Assembly: GCA_947630525.1 (NCBI GenBank)
Contig: CANRHW010000001.1
Span: 1-35,949, forward strand
DNA length: 35,949 nucleotides
Direction: 5' to 3'
DNA from: an uncultured Clostridia bacterium
Lineage (GTDB): Bacteria > Bacillota > Clostridia > UMGS1883
How positions within the stretch are numbered: position 1 is the stretch's first letter; every line of letters begins with the position of its first letter. The notes under the pieces are model-generated. The model ran no database searches and had not been told where the DNA came from. It saw only the letters and a list, made by a program, of their open reading frames with translations. Positions 18,143 through 26,400 of the stretch are shown one piece after another. A program made the translations under genes and the position numbers.

Positions 18143-18171
18143 ATTATAACAGCCGCGGCAAAATATTTCAA
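18143..18171 (-). promoter_or_regulatory. Candidate sigma-70-type promoter of glnA
   Basis: Minus strand: TTGAAA (18171-18166), 17-nt spacer, TATAAT (18148-18143). This leaves a ~70-nt leader that contains the hairpin CGTGAA...TTCACG. Confidence 0.5.
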
Positions 18172-18250
18172 CCCACTTTTTTACTATTATTTTACCAAAA
18201 CCCGAATTTTTTTTATCTATTTTTTACGGCGGCCGCGCAGACGGGAGAGT

Positions 18251-18302
18251 TAAAAAGCCGCGGCTGAGCGCGCTGAAAAATCAGCGGTCCAAAGCCGCGG
18301 CT
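18251..18302 (-). terminator. Terminator candidate after the murE::argB operon
   Basis: Two copies of the self-complementary AGCCGCGGCT (18256-18265 and 18293-18302) can pair around an inner CGCTGA-TTTT-TCAGCG hairpin. On the minus strand this is followed by TTTTTAA. The outer arms ACGGGAGAG/CTCTCCCGT (18241-18249/18301-18309) overlap the stop codon. Confidence 0.5.
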
Positions 18303-18308
18303 CTCCCG

Positions 18309-20660
18309 TTATTTTTTTATCGTGGTGCCCACCTTTTTTGCGGAAATAAGGCAGGATATAAGGTTGTTTTTCACTTTTCCGTTCAGTATTTCCACCTCGG
18401 AAACGCCGTTTTCCACAGCCTCCACTATATTGCTGAGCTTGGGTATCATTCCTCCGCCCACAAAGCCGTTTTCAATAAGCAGCCTTGCCCTGTCGGACGT
18501 CACGGTTTCAAGCACCGTCTTTTCGTTATTTTTGTCTATAAACAAACCGTTCACATCGGTGATGAACACCAGCTTGCCCGCCCGGAGCTCCCGGGCCAAG
18601 GCCGTGGCCGCATCGTCGGCGTTGACGTTGAGCGGCTCGCCGTACGGGCCGGAGCTCACCGGAGAAACGACCACCACATAGCCCGCGTCAAGGAGCTGAT
18701 TTATAAGGCGGCAGTTGACCGAGGTTATCTCGCCCACAAAGCCAAGCTCCGCCCCGCCGGCAGTTTTGCGCCGGGCCGAAAGAACGCCGCCGTCCCGGCC
18801 GCTGATGCCGACGGCCTTTACTCCGCAGTCCGAAATTGCGCCCACGAGCTTTTTGTTTACGCTGCCGCTGAGTATCATTTCAACAACGCGTATTTCCGCC
18901 TCGCCGGTGACCCGGTAGCCGTTTTCAAAACGGCTCTCAATGCCCAGGCTGCCAAGCATGGAGCTTATCTCCTTGCCGCCGCCATGGACTACGGTAACTC
19001 TCGCCCCCACCATGGACAGCAGAGAAATATCCTCCATCAGCGAACGGGTCAGGGCCTCGTCTTCCATGACGCTGCCCCCCAGCTTAATCACCACGTTGCG
19101 GCCGTAAAGCCGATGCAGCGCCGGCAGTATATCCTGAAAGCCCCGTATTTTTTCAGTGGCGTCTATCTCGTGCACTACGTCGTATTCGTCAAGGAATTTC
19201 TTCGTGTATTCCACATCGCTGGGGCAGTCGATGTACTGTATGCCCCGCTTCTGCCGGGTCTCGTCGCCCTTGCCGGTCACAAGAACCACCGTGGGCCCGT
19301 CGCAGTCCATTATGGCGCGGCGTATGGCCTCGCCCCGATCGTCTATTATCTCATATTCCCCTCCGGCGGCGGCCACATGACCGGCGATTTCGGCGGATAT
19401 CCGCCCGATAGGCTCCTCGCCGGCATCCTCCTCGGTGATATACACCTTTTTGGAGTACCGTCCGGCAATAAGGCCAAGGTCACGGCGGCGGTCAAAGGCT
19501 TTGTTGCCGGGGCAGCCGAAAACCGCCGTTATGGCACGGCCGGGATATTCCCTGCGCACCGAAGAAAACAGATTTTCAAAGCTCAGCTTATTGTGAGCGT
19601 AGTCCACTATGACCGTAACGGTCTTGTCCGCGTTGGCGTAAACCTCCATACGCCCCTTGCTGCGGGCCTTCATAAGCCCCGTCAGCATATACTTGCTTTC
19701 AATGCCAAGGGCCATGGCTATGCCTATGGCGGCAAGGGCGTTTTCCACGTTGAACAGACCCGGTATGGTCAGGGTAAATTCCATGTCAAAGTCCTTTGTC
19801 CTCACCATAAAAGCCGTGTCGCTCTCGTTTTTATGCACCCCGTAGGCGAACACGTCCGCGTCCGCCCGCTTCTGCGAAAAGGTTATTACCCGCCCGGCGG
19901 CCTTTGCGGCCGCGGCCACCTCCTCCGCATGGTCGCAGTCAAGGTTTATGACGGCGGTTTCGCACTGCTCAAACAGTTTGAGCTTGGACTTGAAGTAATC
20001 CTCAAAATCCGGATGCTCTATGGGGCTGATGTGGTCTATGCCTATATTCAGGAAGCAGCCCACGGTAAAGCCCACCCCGAAAACCCTGTCATATTTCAAA
20101 GCCTGACTTGAAACCTCCATGATCAGGCAGTCGATGCCGCTTTTCACGGCATTGTCAAAATGGCGGTGCAAATCGAAAGGCTCCGGCGTGGTCAGGTGGC
20201 TTTCAAAATTCTCGACCCCGTCATAGGTGTCGATGGAAGAAATTATGGCCGACTCCTTTTTGCCCTGGGCGCGCATGGCCTCGTCAAGGATATATTTTAC
20301 AAAATACGCCGTGGTGCTTTTGCCCTTAGTGCCGGTTATGCCCACAAGGCTGAGCTTTTCCCAGGCGCTGCCGTAATAATAGTTCGCCATCAGCGCCATT
20401 GCCCGGCGCACGTCGTCCACAAGTATGCAGTCGCCGGGGACGTCCAACTTTTTTTCGGCCACATAAGCCACGGCCCCCTTTTCAAAGGCGGCGGCCAGGT
20501 ATTCGCTTTTAAAATGAGCACCCTTGCAAAGGAAAAGGGTGTCCGGCCTGACGTCGTTTGAATTACAGGAAATATAAGCTATCCGCCGATCCGGCTCCCC
20601 AAGGGTCTCGGTTTTTAATCCGCCGGCCTCAAACAGCCCGGCAAAATCTCTGAGTGTCAT
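18309..20660 (-). CDS. murE/argB: In-frame fusion protein: N-terminal Lys-type MurE Mur ligase plus a C-terminal acetylglutamate kinase (ArgB, amino-acid-kinase fold)
   Basis: 783 aa. N-terminal ~500 aa: GITGTKGKSTTAYF, IMEVSSQAL, LNIGIDHISP, VDYAHNK, VTGKGDETRQ, with TEEDAGEEP where DAP-type MurE has DNPR. C-terminal ~270 aa: VVIKLGGSVM, VVHGGGKEI, LNVNADDAATALA, GGGMIPKL. The junction is continuous: ...KFLDEYDVVHEIDATEKIRGFQDILPALHRLYGRN... Confidence 0.85.
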   Translation of the reverse strand: MTLRDFAGLFEAGGLKTETLGEPDRRIAYISCNSNDVRPDTLFLCKGAHFKSEYLAAAFEKGAVAYVAEKKLDVPGDCILVDDVRRAMALMANYYYGSAWEKLSLVGITGTKGKSTTAYFVKYILDEAMRAQGKKESAIISSIDTYDGVENFESHLTTPEPFDLHRHFDNAVKSGIDCLIMEVSSQALKYDRVFGVGFTVGCFLNIGIDHISPIEHPDFEDYFKSKLKLFEQCETAVINLDCDHAEEVAAAAKAAGRVITFSQKRADADVFAYGVHKNESDTAFMVRTKDFDMEFTLTIPGLFNVENALAAIGIAMALGIESKYMLTGLMKARSKGRMEVYANADKTVTVIVDYAHNKLSFENLFSSVRREYPGRAITAVFGCPGNKAFDRRRDLGLIAGRYSKKVYITEEDAGEEPIGRISAEIAGHVAAAGGEYEIIDDRGEAIRRAIMDCDGPTVVLVTGKGDETRQKRGIQYIDCPSDVEYTKKFLDEYDVVHEIDATEKIRGFQDILPALHRLYGRNVVIKLGGSVMEDEALTRSLMEDISLLSMVGARVTVVHGGGKEISSMLGSLGIESRFENGYRVTGEAEIRVVEMILSGSVNKKLVGAISDCGVKAVGISGRDGGVLSARRKTAGGAELGFVGEITSVNCRLINQLLDAGYVVVVSPVSSGPYGEPLNVNADDAATALARELRAGKLVFITDVNGLFIDKNNEKTVLETVTSDRARLLIENGFVGGGMIPKLSNIVEAVENGVSEVEILNGKVKNNLISCLISAKKVGTTIKK

Positions 20661-21364
20661 TTGCTATCACCTTTCAACCTTCCCCCGCAGAGCGTGACGC
20701 AGCGTTCCACAAGCACCTTCATCGCGTCCACGTAATAGCTGTCAAGCTCGTGATTGGCCCTGAACACGCTGAGTTCGGTGCAGGCCAGTATGGCGCCGTC
20801 GCAGCCGTTCTTTTTCAGATAGTAGTCCACGGCGGCAAAGTCCTCCCTGCTGCCCTTTTGCCCAGCCTTTATCTGGTCGTAAATAAGGCCCATAACTATC
20901 TTCTGCCGCCGCTCGTCGGGCACAAAGGGTTCCAGCCCCCGGCGGCGCAGAGCGTCGTGATACAGTCCGGCGTCAAGGGTGCCGTTGGTGGCCAGTATGC
21001 CTATACGGCCGCCCGGATGGATACGGCTGACATACCCGGCAGTTTCCTCCACCATGTTTATCACAGGTATGTCAACGCTCTTTTCCACATAGCCGATAAC
21101 GCTGTGGCTGGTGTTGCAGGGTATGGCGATGACATCCGCGCCGAAGCGGCGCAGCTTGACCGCGTCGTCCGCCAGCAGCCGGCCCAGCTCGGCCGCCCGC
21201 CCCTCTCTGAGGGCGGCGGTGCGGTCGGGCATGGAGGCGTGGCTGTAAAGGATTATATCTATGTGATCCTGGTCCCGGGACGCGTCGGTAAGGCTGATGA
21301 TCTCCCGGTACATTAGCTGCGAGGCCTCGGGCCCCATGCCGCCGATTATTCCCAGTGTAAGCAT
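20657..21364 (-). CDS. Aspartate racemase (Asp/Glu/hydantoin racemase family)
   Basis: 235 aa. MLTLGIIGGMGPEAS, plus both catalytic Cys contexts (AIPCNTSH, ILACTELS). ATGA overlap with the murE::argB start. Confidence 0.85.
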   Translation of the reverse strand: MLTLGIIGGMGPEASQLMYREIISLTDASRDQDHIDIILYSHASMPDRTAALREGRAAELGRLLADDAVKLRRFGADVIAIPCNTSHSVIGYVEKSVDIPVINMVEETAGYVSRIHPGGRIGILATNGTLDAGLYHDALRRRGLEPFVPDERRQKIVMGLIYDQIKAGQKGSREDFAAVDYYLKKNGCDGAILACTELSVFRANHELDSYYVDAMKVLVERCVTLCGGRLKGDSK

Positions 21365-21371
21365 AAAAGCC

Positions 21372-22583
21372 CTACTTTCCCAGATATTTTTTGTATTTCC
21401 CGAAATGGGACAGGTGCTGCTTCATTAGCCTAAGCAGACGGCCGGGCTTATTGTCGCCCTTGTAAAAGAGGGGATTAACCGTCTTGCCCTGACGTATAAG
21501 GGATTTCATTCTGGTGCGGTATTCGGCGGGCTTTATGTAGTCGAAGGCCACCTTTTCGGGCACGACGAGCCAGAGATTTTCCCTGTCGGCATAGACCGTT
21601 TCTCCCAAGTCCTCGCCAAGTATTCGGTCGCGCACTACATACTCCGCAATGTTGTAGCCCGCGCCGGTGACATAAAAGTTGCTGCGGCCCTGGCGGACGT
21701 TTATCTCAAACACCTTGAACTTTTTATCCCTCTGGTCATACTTTATATCGAAGTTTGAAAAGCCCGTAAAGCCTATCTCCTCCAGCAAAGCCTGGAATTT
21801 TTCCATAAGCCGGCGGTCGCACTCGTTAATTATCACGGCGTGGTTGCCTATGCCGTAGGGGGTGTGCTCTTCAAGCAGCACATGGCCCAGGCACATGAGC
21901 TTTACCTTGCCGTTTTTGTCGGAATAGTTGGTCAGCACCCGCATATACGTGTCGTCGCCGGGGATAAAATCCTGCACGATAAGGTTGTCCTTATAGCCGC
22001 TGTTATACACGGCCGCAACCGTCTGGCGCAGTTCTTCAAGGCTGGACAGCTTGAACACCTTTTTCTGCCCCTCAAAGGGGTGGGCAAAATACTCGGGGCC
22101 GTTGCAGGGCTTCAAAATATAGGGGGCGTCAAAGTCCGGCGTAACTTCCATGGTGTTTTTGGTGCAGACATAGGTGGCGGGGTACTCGATGCCATGCTTG
22201 TCGCAGAGGGCGTAAAACCGCTCCTTGTCCATGAGCTCGGCCAACTGCGCGCCGTTTCCGTAAGGCGCGACTATATTCGGGGCCAGCCTGTCCATGTTGT
22301 TGGCGATGAGCCGCACGTAACCGTCGCCGCAGCCTATGAGCAGCACCGTTTTGGTCTGGGCCGCCGCGAACTCGTTTACACGCCTGACAAAAACCTCCGG
22401 GTCGTCTATATCCGGCTCGGTGCGCTGATCTATCATTCGGCTTTCGGCGCAGGGAGCGCCGGGCTTTTTGCCTATGGAAGTAGAGCGGAGGCCATAGGCC
22501 TCATGAAAGGCCCTTGCCACGCTGTACACATTGATGTCGTTGCCCAAAAGCAAAGTAACAAAATCCTGTTCCTTAAATTCCAT
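21372..22583 (-). CDS. ATP-grasp carboxylate-amine ligase of the D-aspartate ligase (Asl)-like family
   Basis: 403 aa. N-terminal LLLGNDINVYSVARAFHEAYG, ATP-grasp core (YILKPCNG..., LIVQDFIPGDD..., FDIKYDQRDKKFKVFEINVRQGRSNFY). It sits directly upstream of an Asp racemase, like the Asl/Rac pairs of Lactobacillales. Confidence 0.7.
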   Translation of the reverse strand: MEFKEQDFVTLLLGNDINVYSVARAFHEAYGLRSTSIGKKPGAPCAESRMIDQRTEPDIDDPEVFVRRVNEFAAAQTKTVLLIGCGDGYVRLIANNMDRLAPNIVAPYGNGAQLAELMDKERFYALCDKHGIEYPATYVCTKNTMEVTPDFDAPYILKPCNGPEYFAHPFEGQKKVFKLSSLEELRQTVAAVYNSGYKDNLIVQDFIPGDDTYMRVLTNYSDKNGKVKLMCLGHVLLEEHTPYGIGNHAVIINECDRRLMEKFQALLEEIGFTGFSNFDIKYDQRDKKFKVFEINVRQGRSNFYVTGAGYNIAEYVVRDRILGEDLGETVYADRENLWLVVPEKVAFDYIKPAEYRTRMKSLIRQGKTVNPLFYKGDNKPGRLLRLMKQHLSHFGKYKKYLGK

Positions 22584-22606
22584 CGCTTTATCCCCCAGTT
22601 AAATAA

Positions 22607-23329
22607 TCAGTCTCTCAAAAAATCCAGCACCGCTCCGTTTACCCGGTCGGCTGCCTTGTCAAACACAAAGTGGTCGCAGTTCTGCACGATTTTAAGCTCA
22701 GCCCCCGGAATCGAGCCGGCAATAAGCTTAGTGTGGGCGGGTTTTATCATATCGCGGCTGCCGGCCAGCACCAAAACGGGAACCTTGATCTTATTCAATT
22801 CCGCGGCGCTGATATTCGGCTCGCGCACCATGAGCGACATAACCGCGAGCTTGCGGCGGGCGGCGCTTTCGCGCTGGGCCTTTTTGGCCAACAGCTTAAA
22901 GCCCATTTCAATGGGGAGCTGGTATATCTCCTTTACCCCCCGGGGATTTAGATTGCCGCCGGCAAGGACGGCCTTTTCTATAACGCCGTTTTTATCGCCG
23001 AGCAGCATTTCCAAAGCGGCGTTTGCCCCGTCGCTAAAGCCCACCACGGCGGCCTTTTTGACGTCCAGCGCCTCGAGCAGAGCAAAGCCGTCGGCGGCTA
23101 TCTGGGCCACCGTCAGCTTTTTGCGGCCGAAAGTGGAACGCCCCTGCCCGCGGCTGTCCATAGCGATAAGGGTATATTCCCGGCTCCAGTCTTCAAACTG
23201 CTTCTTGAAGCAGGCGGAGCTTTCGCCGTTTCCGTGGAGGAGCAGAATATGCTTATCTCCCCCGCCGTATATCTCAAAGTATATTTGGGCCGTGTCTATC
23301 TGGATGTATCCGGTTTTGGCAGGCTTCAT
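22607..23329 (-). CDS. Alpha/beta-fold hydrolase
   Basis: 240 aa. HGNGES oxyanion region, GFSDG nucleophile elbow, GSRDM and CDHF acid/His contexts. Confidence 0.8.
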   Translation of the reverse strand: MKPAKTGYIQIDTAQIYFEIYGGGDKHILLLHGNGESSACFKKQFEDWSREYTLIAMDSRGQGRSTFGRKKLTVAQIAADGFALLEALDVKKAAVVGFSDGANAALEMLLGDKNGVIEKAVLAGGNLNPRGVKEIYQLPIEMGFKLLAKKAQRESAARRKLAVMSLMVREPNISAAELNKIKVPVLVLAGSRDMIKPAHTKLIAGSIPGAELKIVQNCDHFVFDKAADRVNGAVLDFLRD

Positions 23330-23376
23330 AAAGGTCCCCCGTTTCCGTAAAAATAATTAAAGGCATACTACAAGAT

Positions 23377-23405
23377 ATTATACCACAATTTTTTCCATTT
23401 GTAAA
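23377..23405 (-). promoter_or_regulatory. Strong sigma-70-type promoter with an extended -10, driving the hydrolase/ATP-grasp/racemase/murE::argB operon
   Basis: Minus strand: TTTACA (23405-23400), 17-nt spacer ending in TGG, TATAAT (23382-23377). About 48 nt upstream of ATG 23329. Confidence 0.6.
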
Positions 23406-23457
23406 GTATTTTATGTGTAAAACTGACCTTCAACGAAAGGGAATACCAAAGCATTGC

Positions 23458-26400
23458 TTAAAGTTCAAATATACTAACCTGGGCGCTCTCCGGCAGGCCG
23501 TCAAAACAGCCCATATCCCTAAGCATTTCGATGTGTTTTTCGCTTACGGACGTGCGCCTGCGGAAGTCGTCCACCGACAGGAAAGGCCCCTCTTCCCGGG
23601 CGTCGGCTATGCTCTGCGCGGCGGACAGCCCCATACCCGCAAGGCTGTTGAAAGCGGGCATTATCTTGCCGCCCACATTTTCGTACCTGGTAGGGTGAGC
23701 CTTGTATAGGTCGATTGGTGTAAACTCAAAGCCGCGGGCGTACATCTCGTTTACGATTTCGAGTATGGTATAAGTGGATTTTTCGGTGGCGGTGGGCTTT
23801 TCGATGGCCTTTATGTCCGCCATGGCCTGGCGGCACCGTTCCCGGCCCCGGGCCATTCTGTCATAGTCAAAGGTGTCGGCGAAAACGGTGAAATACGCCT
23901 GATAAAAGGCAAGAGGCTCATAGATTTTGTACCAGGCGGCCCTGTTCGCCATGGTTACGTAAGCAACGGCGTGGCCCTTGGGGAACATATACTTTATCTT
24001 GTTGCAGCTTTCAATGTACCACTGGGGCACGCCGTGTTCCCTCATTTCGTCCTCGTCGCCGGGTTTAAGCCGCTTGCCCTTGCGGACCTGCTCCATGATG
24101 GTGAAGGCGCGCTGGGGCTCCATCCCCTTGTGCATCAGGTAGATCATAATATCGTCGCGGCAGCAGATAACGTCCTCAAGAGTGTGACCCTCGTTGCGTA
24201 TCAGATTTTGGGCGTTGTTCGCCCACACGTCCGTCCCGTGAGACAGGCCCGAAATGCGCACCAAATCGCCGACCGTTTTCGGCTGTGAATCCACAAGCAT
24301 CTGGCGGACAAAGCCGGTGCCCATTTCCGGTATGGCAAAGGTGCCGGTCTCGCTGCCGATATCCTCCGGCGTTACGCCCAGCGCTTCGGTAGAGGTGAAA
24401 AGGCTGAGCACCTTTTCATCGGCAATGTTGATCTCCGTGGGCTCCACTCCCGTCAAGTCCCGAAGCAGTCTGAGCATGGTGGGGTCGTCCTTGCCGAGGA
24501 TATCCATTTTGAGCAGATTTTGCTCAATGCTGTGGTAGTCAAAGTGGGTGGTTATTATCCCGCAGTCGGTCTTGTTGGCCGGATACTGGACGGGCGTAAA
24601 TTCGTTTATATCATGGCCGTGCGGCAGGATAACCACGCCGCCGGGGTGCTGGCCCGTGGTGGTCTTTACGCCGGTTATCCCGTTTTTGAGCCGTTCAACC
24701 TCGGCGTTGTGGACATATTTATCTCTTTCCTCAAAATAGTGGAGCACATAGCCGTAGGCGGTCTTTTGGGCCACGGTGGAGACTGTGCCGGCCCGGTAAA
24801 CGTTGCCCTCGCCAAAGATCTCCTCCGTGTATTTATGGGCCTTGGGCTGGTACTCGCCTGAGAAGTTCAGGTCTATATCCGGCTGCTTGCCGCCGCCGAA
24901 GCCCAAAAAGGTCTCGAAAGGAATGTCAAATCCGTCCCTTACATAGGGCGTGCCGCACTCAGGGCAGACCTTTTCCGGCATATCGCAGCCCACGAAGTAC
25001 TCGCCGTTGAGGAAAAACTCGCTGCGCTTGCACTTTGGGCAGCGGTAGTGGGGCGGCAGGCCGTTGACCTCGGTTATGCCAAGGCAGAAAGCCAAAAAAG
25101 ATGAACCCACGCTGCCACGGCTGCCCACTATGTAACCGTCGTCGTTGGAGTGCTTCACCAGCATACGGGCGTAATTGTAGAGGTCGGCGTAGCCATGGCC
25201 GACAACGCTCTCTATCTCGTCCTTAAGCCGTTTGTCCAGCAGCTCCGGCAGAGGGTCGCCGTAGAGCTCCTTTGCCCTCTCATAGGCCAGCTTTGGCACT
25301 ATCTCCTCGCTGCCGTCGATTTTCGGCGGGTAGTTGCCCTTGGCGATAGGGGCTATATCCTCTATCATATCGGCTATTTTGTTGGTATTTTCCACAACCA
25401 GCTCATAGGCCCGGTCGCCAAAATAGGCGAACTCCTCCAGCATTTCGTCAGTGGTGCGGAAGTACAGCTCCGACTGAGTGTCGGCGTCCTTGTAGCCCTG
25501 ACTTGCCTGGAGTATTCGGCGGTAAACCTCGTCCCGCTTTTTCAGGAAATGCACGTCGCAGGTAGCCACGGTAAGCTTGCCCATCTCGTCGCCCAGACGG
25601 ACGATTTTTCGGTTAAGCTCCCGCAAGGCCTCGTCGTCGGGGACGATGCCCTCCCTCACCATATAGCGGTTGTTTGTCAGGGGCTGTATTTCAAAATAAT
25701 CGTAAAACGAACCTATTTCCCTTATTTCTTCCTCCGTGGCCCCGTCTCTCACGGCGCGGAACAGCTCGCCCGCCTCGCAGGCGCTGCCGATGACGAGCCC
25801 CTCCCGGTGGGCGGCCAGCACGTCCTTGGGTATAAGGGGCCGCTTGTAAAAGTATTGGGTATGCGATATGCTCACAAGCTGATACAGATTTCTCAGCCCG
25901 GTAAGGTTTTTGGCCAAAATGATTATATGGTAGCGCTTGGTGTCCTTGTGGTTGTATTTTTCCCCATCCCGGATAAGATAGCCCTCGCAGCCGTAGATGA
26001 CCTTCATACCCTCGGGCTTGGCGTGATAAATTTCCGGAAAGGACTGCACAACGCCGTGATCGGTCAGGGCAACGGCCTTATGCCCCCATTTGGCGGCCTG
26101 CTTTACATAGGCGGCGGCGTCCATGACCGAGTCCATGGCCGAGGATTTGCTGTGGGCGTGGAGCTCCACCCGCTTGACCGGGGCGGCGTCCATTATCTCG
26201 GGCATTTTGTCGGCCACTATATCGCGGGCGGTAATGGTCAGCTCCCGGCTATAGGTGTCGTACTCCACCCGGCCCCGAACGCTGACGCAGACGTAGGGCT
26301 TTTCCAGGCGGGCGTAAACGGCCTCGGCCTGCTTGCGTGGCACAAAGGCCTTGACGGTAATGCTGCCGGTATAATCGGTTATGTAAAAGGTGAGCAGGAA

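Noticed and set aside
8619-18262. Identical 12-mer TAAAAAGCCGCG plus GCCGCGCAGAC(C/G)G in the terminator regions at 8.6 kb and 18.2 kb, a possible REP-like family
   Set aside because: The match is too short and is arranged differently on the two strands. GC-rich palindromic terminators can converge on such strings, so I cannot support it as a repeat family from this window alone.
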